Assembly (NCBI GenBank): GCA_965247115.1
Contig: CBDFGR010000003.1
Location: 1,280,001 to 1,344,000, forward strand
Direction: 5' to 3'
Source: Myxococcota bacterium
GTDB lineage: Bacteria > Myxococcota_A > UBA9160 > SZUA-336
Length of the DNA: 64,000 nucleotides
Numbering within the stretch: the stretch's first letter is position 1; each line of letters begins with the position of its first letter. Below, in pieces: positions 8,797-18,590 of this stretch. Made by a program: the position numbers and the translations under genes. The notes beneath the pieces are model-generated. The model was given only the letters and a program-made list of their open reading frames with translations, was not told where the DNA came from and did no database searches.

Positions 8797-11736
8797 CTAG
8801 GCCTCGCGCTTCACGGCCCGCAGATACGAGACTCCGGGACGCGTGTAGAGGTGCTCGAAGATGCGGTAGGCCCGGGGGTCCACCCGAAGCTTCGACACGT
8901 CGCTCTCCGGGTCGCGCAGGTTTCCGAAGCTGATCGCGTTCGAGGGACACGCTTGCTGGCAGGCGGTCTGCATCTCGCCGTCGCGTACGGTGCGATTCTC
9001 GAGGACGGCCTGATCCTTGGCCGAAGTGATCCGCTGCAGGCACATCGTGCACTTCTCCATTACGCCCTTGGAGCGCACCGTCACGTCCGGGTTCAGAATC
9101 AGCTCCTCGGGCTCGCGATAGAAGAAATCGTACGGCCAGTAGTTGAAGCGGCGCGCCTTGTACGGGCAGTTGTTGCTGCAGAAGCGCGTGCCGATGCAGC
9201 GGTTCGGCACCATCACGTTCAGCCCGTCCTCGCTGTGGTACGTGGCGATGGGCGGGCAGACGCTCTCGCACGGAGCGGCGCCGCAGTGCTGGCACATCAT
9301 GGGGACTGTCCGCACGTCGATCTGACCGTCGTCTCCGAGCTCGACGTAGCGCTCGACCCGGATCCAGTGCATCTCCCGGCCGGTACGCGCGTTGTCCGGG
9401 CCGACCACGGGGATGTTGTTCTCCGTATTACAGGCCATGATGCACGCATCACAGCCCACACAGGCGTCGAGGTCCACGGACATCCCCCAGCGGTAGGGAC
9501 TGTCCGGGTGGGCGTCCGCGGCCGGGTCGTACTCCTTCGTGACAAGATGCTCGGACGAGGCAGGCGCGTGCATGTCGGGTGCCTCGTGGGCCGCGTCTTC
9601 GGCCTCGTGGTCGTCATGCCCCATGAGTGCCGCGAGCGTGGTCGCCTTGGCCACCCCGCGCGTCTCCTGATCGAACGTGATCTGGGCGCGCGCCACGAGC
9701 TTGCGAGCTCCGGTCGGACGCACTGCTGCTCGCGTCGAGAGCCAGGCGAGCCCGCCGCTCTCGGGGTCGAGTCGCCCCGGCACGATCTCGAGCGCGTTCA
9801 CTCCGACCGTGTTGCGCTGCTGCTGGTAATCGGGATCTGGAGCGTTCGGATCTACCGGCTGGTGGCCCTGACCCACCGAGATCGCGACCACGCCGGGCCG
9901 GACAGCCAGGTGAGGATAGACGGCGAGCTCGAGAGAGCCCGCGTCGGTCGAGACCTCGACCACGTCGCCCACATCGACCCCCAGCTCGAGCGCCGTCTCC
10001 GGATTGAGCTCGGCGTAGCTGCCCCACATCGTCTTCGTGACCGGATCGGGAATCTCGTTGAGCGCGGCCAGGCGCTGACTGCGCCCGTCATAGAAGTGAA
10101 GCGACGGGTAGACCACCAGGGCAAGACCGTCTTCCTCGCCGGAGAGTCGCGCCGGCTCGAAGCTCAGGTTCTCCGCACCTGCGGCGAGCGAGACGCCACG
10201 GCTGCCAACGGTCCTGAACTCTCCTCCGCTAGCGACCTTCTGGTCGAAGCCTTCCGCTCCCCAGCGCGCCTTGAGCACGTCCTGGAAGCTTCCTCCTGGC
10301 AGGCTCCCGGCTTTTCCGAGCGCGCGGCCGGCGTCGAGAAGCACGTCGCCAATCGCGCGGGTGTCATTGAGCGGGCGGATCGTCGGCTGCTGCAGGCGCC
10401 GAATCCCGCGAATGGGCTCCGCGTCGCCCCACGCCTCGAACGGGGTGTGGTCCGGCAACACGAGGTCCGCCAGCGCCGTGGTCTCGTCGTTGGCGCTCGA
10501 GAAGCTGACCGTGTACACGCCGCTCGACCCCATCGCATCTGCGAAGCCGACCTGCGGCGCGGTGTATACGGGGTTCGCCCCGTGCACGAGCAGAACGCTG
10601 ACCTCACCGCCCCGCAGCTCTCCCGCCAGCTCCTTCAGGTCGCTGAAGCGAGCCAGCTTGCCCACGTTGTGGTCCGGACCGAACTCGACGGTCTTCCCGA
10701 TTGCGCCGCTCACGTAGTTGAGGATCTGTACGGCAGCCGCGAAGCTGGCCGCGTTCGTGCCCTGGACCTCGATCCCGGGCGGGAGCGCGAGCGGGGCGGA
10801 CGCGCCCACGATCCGCTGCGCCAGCGTTCGGATCTGCCCCGCCTCGAGCCCCGCCTGAGCGGCCACTGCTTCGACCGTGAAGTCGGCCAGCATGCGTCGC
10901 AGCGCGGGCTCAGCCCGCCTCTCTTCCGCAACTTCATGCGCCAGGGCAAGGGCGACCAGCACCTCGGTACCGGGCGCCGCGGCCAGCCAGAGATCCGTGT
11001 TGCCGCCGGAGATGCCGAGGCGCGGGCCCACGTAGGCGGCAAAGCCATGGCCGTTCGCCCTCGCGGTAGCGAGGTTTCGCTGGTTCTGCAGCGGGTTCAG
11101 CCAGGTCTCCAGGAAGTCGGTCCCGAACGCCACGATGACGTCGGCCTTGTCGAGCGCGAAGTGCGGAACCGCATCGGTACCGAAGACCCTCTCGTTCGCG
11201 CTGCGAAGCGCCTCGTGGGCGTAGAGCTCGAAGCGCAGCCGCTTCGAGGAGCCGAGGGCCGTCAGGAAGGCGTCGACGATGCCGTCCAGGGTGCCGGTCT
11301 CGGCTCCGCCGAGAAATGCGACCCGGCCGTTCGCCGCACCGAGCTTCTCGACCAGGAACTCCATGCCCTCGTCCCAGCGGATCGGAACGAGATCCCCCCC
11401 CTCGCGCCGCATGGGGCCCTTGAAGCGGGCCGAATCGTAGGTGCGGTGCAGCCCGGCCTGGCCGCGGACACACAGACTGCCGCCGTCGATCGGGTCGTCG
11501 GGGTTCCCGTCCACCTTGATGGGACGCCCCTCGCGCGTCTTCACACGGATTCCGCAGGCGGCAGGGCACTCCCGGCAGGTGCTGTTGTAGTAGGTCGCGA
11601 TGCCGGGCACGACCTCTTCGGGCTGGTTCAAGTATGGGATGACCGCTTCGAGCGGGTCCTGGCAGGCGACCGTTGCCGCAGCACCGGCGCTCATGCCCAC
11701 GATCTTCAGGAAATCTCGCCGGTCGAGCTCGGACAT
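8797..11736 (-). CDS. actB: Alternative complex III subunit ActB (molybdopterin-oxidoreductase-like domain fused to Fe-S domain)
   Basis: Tat signal RRDFLK followed by Cys (ATVAC), REGRPIKVDGNP, and Fe-S motifs CVGCDACIMAC, CQHCGAAPCESVCP, CIGTRFCSNNCP, KCTMC...ACQQACP. Confidence 0.93.
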   Translation of the reverse strand: MSELDRRDFLKIVGMSAGAAATVACQDPLEAVIPYLNQPEEVVPGIATYYNSTCRECPAACGIRVKTREGRPIKVDGNPDDPIDGGSLCVRGQAGLHRTYDSARFKGPMRREGGDLVPIRWDEGMEFLVEKLGAANGRVAFLGGAETGTLDGIVDAFLTALGSSKRLRFELYAHEALRSANERVFGTDAVPHFALDKADVIVAFGTDFLETWLNPLQNQRNLATARANGHGFAAYVGPRLGISGGNTDLWLAAAPGTEVLVALALAHEVAEERRAEPALRRMLADFTVEAVAAQAGLEAGQIRTLAQRIVGASAPLALPPGIEVQGTNAASFAAAVQILNYVSGAIGKTVEFGPDHNVGKLARFSDLKELAGELRGGEVSVLLVHGANPVYTAPQVGFADAMGSSGVYTVSFSSANDETTALADLVLPDHTPFEAWGDAEPIRGIRRLQQPTIRPLNDTRAIGDVLLDAGRALGKAGSLPGGSFQDVLKARWGAEGFDQKVASGGEFRTVGSRGVSLAAGAENLSFEPARLSGEEDGLALVVYPSLHFYDGRSQRLAALNEIPDPVTKTMWGSYAELNPETALELGVDVGDVVEVSTDAGSLELAVYPHLAVRPGVVAISVGQGHQPVDPNAPDPDYQQQRNTVGVNALEIVPGRLDPESGGLAWLSTRAAVRPTGARKLVARAQITFDQETRGVAKATTLAALMGHDDHEAEDAAHEAPDMHAPASSEHLVTKEYDPAADAHPDSPYRWGMSVDLDACVGCDACIMACNTENNIPVVGPDNARTGREMHWIRVERYVELGDDGQIDVRTVPMMCQHCGAAPCESVCPPIATYHSEDGLNVMVPNRCIGTRFCSNNCPYKARRFNYWPYDFFYREPEELILNPDVTVRSKGVMEKCTMCLQRITSAKDQAVLENRTVRDGEMQTACQQACPSNAISFGNLRDPESDVSKLRVDPRAYRIFEHLYTRPGVSYLRAVKREA

Positions 11737-11757
11737 AGACGGTGCCTTGCCCCCCTT

Positions 11758-12354
11758 TTAGAAGTGGCACGCGGAGCAATCGTCCTCGGCTCCGCGTTCC
11801 AGATGACAATCCATGCACCAGCCCATCTCTAGCTTTGCGGCGGGCAGGAAACCGCTGTAGGGCCGCAGCACCGTGTCTGGTGTCAGGTAGACCCGGTTCA
11901 TCTCCTGAACCTGTCCGTGACACTCCTGGCACTCGACGCCCGCGTTGAGGTGGCGAAAGTGCTTGAACTGCACGTACTCGGGCAGATTGTGGATTCGGAT
12001 CCAGGGAATCGACTCGCCGTTCGCGTAGTACTCCCGGAGCTTGGCGATCTCTTCCGCGCTGCCCTCCGTGCGGCCTTCGGCCACGTGAGTGTGGCAGCCC
12101 ATGCAGGTCGACACGGCGGGAATGGTGGCGTGCTGGCTCTTCTCTGCGGCGCTATGGCAGTACAGGCACTGGATGCCGAGGTCGCCGTCCTCCGCGCTGC
12201 CAGCATGGATCTTGTGGCTGAACTCGATCGGCTGGATCGGGGCTTCGAGCTCCTCGTCGCTGTAGTCGTAGAGCCCCGCTGCGGCAGCGCTCAAGACCAG
12301 TGCAAAGGCGCACACGGCGGCCAGGGGGATCAAAGTGCGCTTCCGGTGACGCAT
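11758..12354 (-). CDS. actA: Alternative complex III pentaheme cytochrome c ActA
   Basis: N-terminal hydrophobic segment, QPIEFSHKIHAG, five CxxCH motifs (CLYCH, CMGCH, CQECH, CMDCH, CSACH). Confidence 0.9.
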   Translation of the reverse strand: MRHRKRTLIPLAAVCAFALVLSAAAAGLYDYSDEELEAPIQPIEFSHKIHAGSAEDGDLGIQCLYCHSAAEKSQHATIPAVSTCMGCHTHVAEGRTEGSAEEIAKLREYYANGESIPWIRIHNLPEYVQFKHFRHLNAGVECQECHGQVQEMNRVYLTPDTVLRPYSGFLPAAKLEMGWCMDCHLERGAEDDCSACHF

Positions 12355-12559
12355 GTCGCGGCGCAGAAGTAGCCATCGCCAGTCGGAAGGTCAAGGAGTA
12401 TCGGGAAAGTTCCAGCGGAACAGCGCATCGAGAGGGTCCCGCGGCAGGCCCGGCACCAGAGCGCTGTCGTCCTCTGGTACGAGGTAAAAGCGTGGCTCGG
12501 GCAGAGGCTTAGGAGCGATCCCTCAGGCGAAGCCGGGCGCTCACCCCAAGCCTGCGCGC

Positions 12560-13162
12560 CTACATGGGTATGGCGTCCCGCTTCCAGACGTAGATCTTCA
12601 TCGGGGGAATGTTCCAGAAGCCGCTGTGCGTCTCTGCCGGACCGAGAACGGGCTCGGCGATCCGCCTGACCGCACTCCGGAACTGGTAGGCCACGAAGCG
12701 CCCGTTCTCTCCCAGGACGCGCTTTGCCGCTTCGAGCGTACGCCTGCCGACACCACCCTCGAGCGTCGAGAAGGGGATCCCGGACACCACCAGATCCGCC
12801 TGGAGCTCACCGGCTTCGGCGAGGGCGCGCTCGAGATCTGCCGAGCAGCCCTCGTAGACGCTGAAGCGGGGATCGGACCAGCTGGACCGGAGCAGCTCGG
12901 CAAACTCCGGCAGGATCTCGATCGCGACGAGCTTCCCGTCGGCCGGCATGCGTCCGAGGATCTGGCTCGTGAGCACCCCCGTGCCGGGGCCTAGCTCGAC
13001 GACGACTCTCGCTGTCGAGACGCGCCCACACTCGAGCACACGGCGGGCTAGAAAGCGTGAGCTCGGCACCACGGAACCGACCTCTTTGGGGTTGCGAAGG
13101 AAACCCTTGAAAAACTCGAGCGGCAGATTGACTGCTTCGCTGCGCCGTATTGACGATCTCAT
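12560..13162 (-). CDS. SAM-dependent methyltransferase, phospholipid N-methyltransferase (PmtA-like)
   Basis: FLRNPKEVGSVVPSSRFLA, VVELGPGTGVLT (SAM motif), VVSGIPF, FVAYQF, NIPP. Confidence 0.8.
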   Translation of the reverse strand: MRSSIRRSEAVNLPLEFFKGFLRNPKEVGSVVPSSRFLARRVLECGRVSTARVVVELGPGTGVLTSQILGRMPADGKLVAIEILPEFAELLRSSWSDPRFSVYEGCSADLERALAEAGELQADLVVSGIPFSTLEGGVGRRTLEAAKRVLGENGRFVAYQFRSAVRRIAEPVLGPAETHSGFWNIPPMKIYVWKRDAIPM

Positions 13163-13238
13163 TCAGGCTCCGTAACAACAGTGCGCAGAGCTGATCCAAC
13201 GCCCGCCGCCTGGGTTTTATCCCGGGGCCGAATGCCGG

Positions 13239-13997
13239 TCAACCTCGGCCGTCCACGAGCGCCGGGATCGTCGCGAGATGTGCGCGGGTCCGCGTGCTCA
13301 GGCGACGCATCAGATCACGCGCACAACGCTCTGCGCTGTCGGCATCGCGCGCCTCGATGGTGACCGCAAGGCGCTGCAGGATCGGGCGGAAGCCGCGACG
13401 CTCGCGCGGTCCCAGCCAGGTCCTCAGCACCGGGCCGGCGCGGCCCAAGAAGCGCTGTATCGAGTTCGCGAGCAGGAGCGCGACGCGATTGCCTCCGAGC
13501 TCGCACAGGGTCGCCGGGAGGGCGAGCAGCGATTCGACGAACTCGCGCTCGGAGAGCTCTGTACTCGCGGTGCCGCGCAGCAACGCCGCCGCCGAGTCCA
13601 GCCTGTCCGGAGTCGCGTTCTCGATGATGCCGCGTACCAGGGCAGGCATCAGCACTTCCCGCAGCTCCAGCAAGTCGGTGATCCACGGGAGGCTCGGGCG
13701 CCCACCCGAGCGGGAGAGCTCCCAGACCAGCTCCAGGCTGGCGTGCCGCGCGTCGCGGATGCGCGTCCCCGAGCCATGCTGAATGTCGATCAGGCGCAGC
13801 TCCTCCAGCTTCTTGAGGGCCTCACGCAGGGAGCTGCGGTTTACGTGGAGCTGCTGGGCCAGCTCCCGCTCCGGGGGAAGGCAATCCCCCACACGCAGCG
13901 ATCCCTCCAGAATCCCGGTCAGGACTCGTTCCACTACGAGCTCCGGCACCGGCCGGCGCCCGTTCTCGCGCTCACGCGAGGCGCGCTGCTCCCCCAC
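13239..13997 (-). CDS. GntR/FadR family transcriptional regulator
   Basis: wHTH GDCLPPERELAQQLHVNRSSLREALKKLEELRLIDIQHGSGT plus FCD-like C-terminus. The GTG start at 13997 is inferred from the upstream promoter. Confidence 0.85.
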   Translation of the reverse strand: MGEQRASRERENGRRPVPELVVERVLTGILEGSLRVGDCLPPERELAQQLHVNRSSLREALKKLEELRLIDIQHGSGTRIRDARHASLELVWELSRSGGRPSLPWITDLLELREVLMPALVRGIIENATPDRLDSAAALLRGTASTELSEREFVESLLALPATLCELGGNRVALLLANSIQRFLGRAGPVLRTWLGPRERRGFRPILQRLAVTIEARDADSAERCARDLMRRLSTRTRAHLATIPALVDGRG

Positions 13998-14071
13998 TGC
14001 CGCTATCAGATCCCCAGGGAAGGGGACTGTCAACCCTCGCGCTTGAACCCGCCTGGCCGAGCCCTCATCAT
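13998..14071. promoter_or_regulatory. Divergent sigma70-type promoters for the GntR gene and the CCR-like operon
   Basis: Minus strand: TTGACA (14033-14028)-N17-TCTGAT-N7-GTG. Plus strand: TTGAAC (14043-14048)-N17-CATCAT. Confidence 0.5.
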
Positions 14072-14111
14072 GCCACGCGGCGGGCGGTGAAAGATGAGAG
14101 GAGCAGGAACC

Positions 14112-15269
14112 ATGCCCCGTGCGTACTCGATCAGTGCGGAGTCCATCGCGAAGGAGACCGCGCGTGTGGACAGCGACCTCTTGAAGTTCGATGTCTCGCG
14201 TGTGATCGAGCTCGACGAGCTCGAGCTCCGTCCCGTGGGTCGGTTCGACGTGCACCTGCGGATCCTTGCCGTCTCCGCCGAACACAACGTCGACCACGCG
14301 GCTCTTGCGGACACCATCAATATTGCGGAGGCCCGTGGGGGCAAGATCTATCCGGGGAACTCCGCGGTCGGCGAGGTCCTGGCGGTCGGCGAGGGGGTCA
14401 GCAAGTTCCAGCCGGGCGAGATCGTCGTCACCCACTGCAACGGAGCGCCGGACAGGTTCGGCTTCCCGCTGCGCATCTGGGCCTACGATCAGCCGGACTC
14501 GGTCGGATGGTACGCAGAGGAGGCGATTGTCGAGGAGTGGCAGATCGTCTCTTGCCCGGTCGGTTGCGGGCTCAACCTTTGGGAGATCGCAGCCCTGCCC
14601 CTCCGCGCGCCCACGGCGTACCACATGTGGCGCCGGGCACTCGGGATCTATCGGCTGAAGGTGCCCGTGGAGAGGCAGGCCGTGCTCAACGTCCTCGGCT
14701 TTGGCGGGGGCGTGTCGGAGCTCTTCCTGATGCTGGCAAAGTCACAGGGCCACAACGTCTTTTTCTGCTCTGGCAGCCCAGAGCGGCGCGACGCCCTGGC
14801 CAGGCTCGGCATCGTCGGGATCGATCAGCAGACCTGGAACCGCTTTGCCACCCGCGACGACGTGAGAGCGTTCAGCCGGGAGGTCCGCAAGCTCACCGAT
14901 GGCGAGAACATGCACCTGGTCTGTGACATGCTGCGCGGCCCGGTCGGCGACGCGGGAATCGCCGTGTCCGCTCGTCAGGGCGTCAACGTGAGTGCGGGCT
15001 GGATGCTGGCCCAGCAGGTCACGTACAACTCGACCTTGCTGTCGGTCAAGCAGGTGACGCTCGACCACGTCCACTTCGAGACGCTGGAGGGCGTCGCTGC
15101 TGCAACCGAGCTCTACGGCAGGGTATTCAAGCCTACGGTCCACAAGGAAGTGTACAGCTTCGAGGATCTTCCTCGCTGCATGCACGAGATGCATCGGAAC
15201 ACACAGACGGGGATCCCGATCGTCCGAGTCGCGGCCGAGCTACCCGCCGCGTTCCGCGAAAACTCGTAG
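14112..15269 (+). CDS. MDR-superfamily reductase, divergent crotonyl-CoA carboxylase/reductase-like
   Basis: GEVLAVGEGVSKFQPGEIVVTHC, RIWAYD, TAYHMW, GFGGGVS nucleotide-binding loop, VHF, KEVYSFEDL...MHRN. These resemble CCR motifs by eye. Confidence 0.7.
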   Translation: MPRAYSISAESIAKETARVDSDLLKFDVSRVIELDELELRPVGRFDVHLRILAVSAEHNVDHAALADTINIAEARGGKIYPGNSAVGEVLAVGEGVSKFQPGEIVVTHCNGAPDRFGFPLRIWAYDQPDSVGWYAEEAIVEEWQIVSCPVGCGLNLWEIAALPLRAPTAYHMWRRALGIYRLKVPVERQAVLNVLGFGGGVSELFLMLAKSQGHNVFFCSGSPERRDALARLGIVGIDQQTWNRFATRDDVRAFSREVRKLTDGENMHLVCDMLRGPVGDAGIAVSARQGVNVSAGWMLAQQVTYNSTLLSVKQVTLDHVHFETLEGVAAATELYGRVFKPTVHKEVYSFEDLPRCMHEMHRNTQTGIPIVRVAAELPAAFRENS

Positions 15270-15275
15270 CCGACG

Positions 15276-15707
15276 ATGGCTCGCGCCTTCTGGCTCGCGA
15301 AGTCCGAGCCGGGCTCCTATTCGTGGGACGACCTCGAGGCGGACGGCGCCACCTACTGGGACGGGGTCCGAAATCCCCAGGCCAGAAACAACCTGCAGGC
15401 GATGAAGAAGGGGGACCTCGTCCTCTTCTACCACTCGGTGAAGGACCCGGCCGTCGTGGGCATCGCCCGCGTCACCCGCACCGCGTATCCAGATCCAACG
15501 ACCGACGACCCCCGCTGGGTCGTCGTCGACATCGAGCCAGCGCGCAAGCTGACGAGCCCCGTCTCGCTCGCGGCAATCAAGGCCGAGCCACGACTCCAGG
15601 AAATGGCGCTCGTGAGGCAATCGCGGCTCTCCGTCATGCCGGTCGACAAGGCGGAGCTCGAGCGGATCCTCGCGCTGGGAAAGACCAAGCTCCCGAGGGG
15701 GAAGTAG
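15276..15707 (+). CDS. EVE domain protein
   Basis: WLAKSEP, WDGVRNPQARNNL, GDLVLFYHS, AYPDPT, SRLSVMPV. Confidence 0.92.
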   Translation: MARAFWLAKSEPGSYSWDDLEADGATYWDGVRNPQARNNLQAMKKGDLVLFYHSVKDPAVVGIARVTRTAYPDPTTDDPRWVVVDIEPARKLTSPVSLAAIKAEPRLQEMALVRQSRLSVMPVDKAELERILALGKTKLPRGK

Positions 15708-15709
15708 GC

Positions 15710-17197
15710 ATGTCTCTCAACCTGGGAACGATTCTCTCAACATCCGCACGCGAGAGACCGGAGCACGCGGCCGTCCGGCTCAACGACACAGAGCTCTCCT
15801 ACGCGGAGGTCGACCGGGCTGCGCGCGGCATTGCGACCGGGCTGCACGAGATCGGAATCCACCCCGGCGACCACGTGGCGCTGATGCTGCCGAACGTGCT
15901 GGAATTTCCGCAGGCGTACTTCGGGATCCTCTACGCCGGCTGCACGGTCGTGCCGTTGAACGTGCTGCTGTCCGCTCCCGAGGTGAGCTACCACCTCCAG
16001 GACTCCGACTCGAAGCTGCTCATCGCCCACCCGTTGTTCGAAGGACCCGCCAGCGAGGGCGCGCAGGGTGCCGGCGTGTCGGTGGTCTGGGCCGCCGAAG
16101 GATCGCCCGGGCTTCACGACCTTGCCCTCCGCGAGCCGCTCCAGGCTCTGTACCCGACCGACGAGCAGGACACGGCCGTCATCCTCTATACCTCCGGTAC
16201 GACCGGCAAGCCGAAGGGGGCGGAGCTCACGCACAGCAATCTGCTGCTCAACTGCAGCGCTGTCGTGCCACGCCTCATCCCGCTCGCAAAGGACGACGTC
16301 GCGCTGGGAACTCTGCCGCTGTTCCACTCCTTCGGCCAGACGTGCATTCAGAACGCGACGGTCGCAGCGGGCGGCACCATGACGCTGCTGCCTCGCTTCA
16401 CACCCCAAGACGCGCTCGAGATCATGCAGCGCGATCGCGTCACGCTGTTCGCGGGCGTACCCACCATGTACTTCGCGATCCTCAACCACGAAGGCGGCGA
16501 TCAGTACGACCTTTCGAGCCTGCGCTATTCCCTGACCGGCGGCGCGGCCATGCCCGTCGAGGTCATGAAGCGCTTCGAGGAGAAGTACCCGGTCCAGATC
16601 CTCGAGGGCTACGGGCTATCCGAGACCTCGCCAGTCGCGAGCTTCAACAAGCTCGATCGTCCCCGCAAGGCGGGCTCCATCGGCTACCCCGTCTGGGGCG
16701 TAGAGATGGCCATCCTCGATGAGAAGGATCGCCCGATACCGGATGGCGAGCGTGGCGAGATCTGCATCCGCGGCCACAACATCATGAAGGGCTACTACAA
16801 GCGTCCCGATGCGAGCGCCGAGACCTTGCGCAACGGCTGGTTCCACTCGGGCGACATCGGCATCCGCGACGAAGACGGCTCCTACCGGATCGTCGACCGC
16901 CTCAAGGACATGATCATCCGCGGGGGCTACAACGTCTATCCTCGCGAAGTTGAAGAGACCCTGTACGCCCACCCCGCCATCATCGAAGCAGCCGTCATCG
17001 GCATCCCCCACGAAAGCCTTGGCGAAGAAATCAAGGCCGTCGTCACGCTAGGCGCTGGCCAGCACACCACCCCCGACGAGATCATCGACTATTGCAAACA
17101 ACATCTCGCCGCCTACAAGTACCCCCGCCAGGTCGAGTTCATCGAAGCCCTCCCCAAGGGCCCGACAGGAAAGATCCTGAAGCGCGAGCTGAGCTAG
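15710..17197 (+). CDS. Long-chain fatty acid--CoA ligase
   Basis: YTSGTTGKPKG, EGYGLSET, WFHSGDIG, LPKGPTGKILK; ATG at 15710 just after the EVE stop. Confidence 0.92.
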   Translation: MSLNLGTILSTSARERPEHAAVRLNDTELSYAEVDRAARGIATGLHEIGIHPGDHVALMLPNVLEFPQAYFGILYAGCTVVPLNVLLSAPEVSYHLQDSDSKLLIAHPLFEGPASEGAQGAGVSVVWAAEGSPGLHDLALREPLQALYPTDEQDTAVILYTSGTTGKPKGAELTHSNLLLNCSAVVPRLIPLAKDDVALGTLPLFHSFGQTCIQNATVAAGGTMTLLPRFTPQDALEIMQRDRVTLFAGVPTMYFAILNHEGGDQYDLSSLRYSLTGGAAMPVEVMKRFEEKYPVQILEGYGLSETSPVASFNKLDRPRKAGSIGYPVWGVEMAILDEKDRPIPDGERGEICIRGHNIMKGYYKRPDASAETLRNGWFHSGDIGIRDEDGSYRIVDRLKDMIIRGGYNVYPREVEETLYAHPAIIEAAVIGIPHESLGEEIKAVVTLGAGQHTTPDEIIDYCKQHLAAYKYPRQVEFIEALPKGPTGKILKRELS

Positions 17198-17286
17198 GAT
17201 CTCTCTCGAGAGTTCATGATCTGGATCCGGATCTGCGACGGCAAAGCCGGACGCTGCCTCTTTCTCATTCCCGCCGCTCTACGTCA

Positions 17287-17309
17287 GACTACCCCCGGGG
17301 GCTGTGGTC
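17287..17309. repeat. Degenerate copy of the CCCCCGGGGG palindrome, overlapping the HNH stop codon
   Basis: GACTACCCCCGGGGGCTGTGGTC. Its reverse complement matches the 18591 palindrome at 16 of 18 nt, then TAGTC. Confidence 0.65.
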
Positions 17310-18338
17310 GCGGCTTACGAAGCACGCCATGTGCGCGGCCCCATAGTCCTGCAGCGCCGCATAACGGTTGTGGCCCCGACACCGCAGCTCGATTCGGTCG
17401 ATCGAGTGCCGCTTTGCCCTGGCCCATGGATCCACGTGATGGAACTCGAGGAAGTCCTGCGAACTGCAGCGGGGACCGTTCGCGGCGACGAATGCGCACC
17501 GACCTCCATCCCGCGCGAAGACGGCACGTTTGATCTCCGCCGGGATGTGCCGAGACGCGGCTCCGCGCTTCTGCGAAGCCTTCGATCCACGTCGGGGTCT
17601 CGATGTCTGGCAGAACTTCTTCCGCTTCGCCTCATCGAGCAGCAGAGTGAGGGCTCGATCGAAGATCTCCGCGAGATCGCCGTCCGGAATCTGGTGGCGG
17701 AGCAACGCCTGCACCTCACGGAGCTTTCCGCAGAGGCCCTGGCTGCCCGTGAACTGGATCTTGAACCGCCTGCCCCCAAGGGGGACTGGACGTGATACGC
17801 CCAGAACGGGCGGCGACACAGCCGCTCTACAGCTAGAAGTCTCTTGCGACGGACCACCGGTCTTGGAGCGCAACTGGGCCGCAGGTACAGGCCGCCTGGG
17901 GTCGGGGAGCTTCCTCACCCGCCCCGGCACGTCAGGTTTCGGAGCGCGATTGGCGAGCAGCACCTCGATCGCACGCTTGCTCTTGTGGTGCGCCAGGTCG
18001 AGTAGCTCGACGTGGTTATCCAGGGTGAGCGCAGGCGCGAGCAGGTTCGCTCCCGAAAGGTGAATGGCGCCCTCGCGGATACGCTCGAGCAGAAGGGGAT
18101 AAGAGCGCGCGGCACGCGCAGCGCGGATCCGATGGAAGGCCGTCGCCTCCGAGAAGTGGAGCACCTCGGTGCAGTAGCGATACATGCACGAGCAGCCTTG
18201 TTCGAGATAGAGCTCGCGCCGATCGACCTCCGCAAGGTGCGCGAGCAGTTCCGCCTCGTCATGGTGGCTCTTCGCCACGAGCTCGTCGAGTTCTCGGAGG
18301 AGTTTGTGATTGGAAAGGGTCTTCAGGGAGATGTTCAT
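17289..18338 (-). CDS. HNH endonuclease with DUF222-like N-terminal helical domain
   Basis: N-terminal ELLAHLAEVDRRELY...YCTEVLHFSE...RIRAAR; C-terminal SRHIPAEIKRAVFARDGGRC...EFHH...LRCRGHN. ATG at 18338. Confidence 0.8.
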   Translation of the reverse strand: MNISLKTLSNHKLLRELDELVAKSHHDEAELLAHLAEVDRRELYLEQGCSCMYRYCTEVLHFSEATAFHRIRAARAARSYPLLLERIREGAIHLSGANLLAPALTLDNHVELLDLAHHKSKRAIEVLLANRAPKPDVPGRVRKLPDPRRPVPAAQLRSKTGGPSQETSSCRAAVSPPVLGVSRPVPLGGRRFKIQFTGSQGLCGKLREVQALLRHQIPDGDLAEIFDRALTLLLDEAKRKKFCQTSRPRRGSKASQKRGAASRHIPAEIKRAVFARDGGRCAFVAANGPRCSSQDFLEFHHVDPWARAKRHSIDRIELRCRGHNRYAALQDYGAAHMACFVSRDHSPRG

Positions 18339-18590
18339 CGTGTCTTTCGTTTTGGGACCAAGAAGAAGTGAGGCCGGAACGGTAGCACGACGTATTTCGG
18401 TGTCGGAGGATCTGCTACGTCGACCGATCAAAGGCGCGTGCGACTTCGAGGACGGAACTCGCGCAAAGATTCAGCAGAGAGGCGTCCGGTATCGAGCAAC
18501 GCAGCTACGGCGCAGAACTCGGCTCGAGCCTGCGAGTTCTCAAAATCTGTCAAGGACTTTCTTGCTGTTTTTTCGAAAAGTCATCTTGCC

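Noticed and set aside
12500..12559. Hairpin downstream of the methyltransferase as an ncRNA or riboswitch for the act operon
   Set aside because: It is a single imperfect GC-rich stem with no recognisable motif and no second copy.
15276..18338. EVE protein plus HNH nuclease as a modification-dependent restriction system
   Set aside because: The genes are on opposite strands and separated by an acyl-CoA ligase. Stand-alone EVE genes are common, and nothing links the two.
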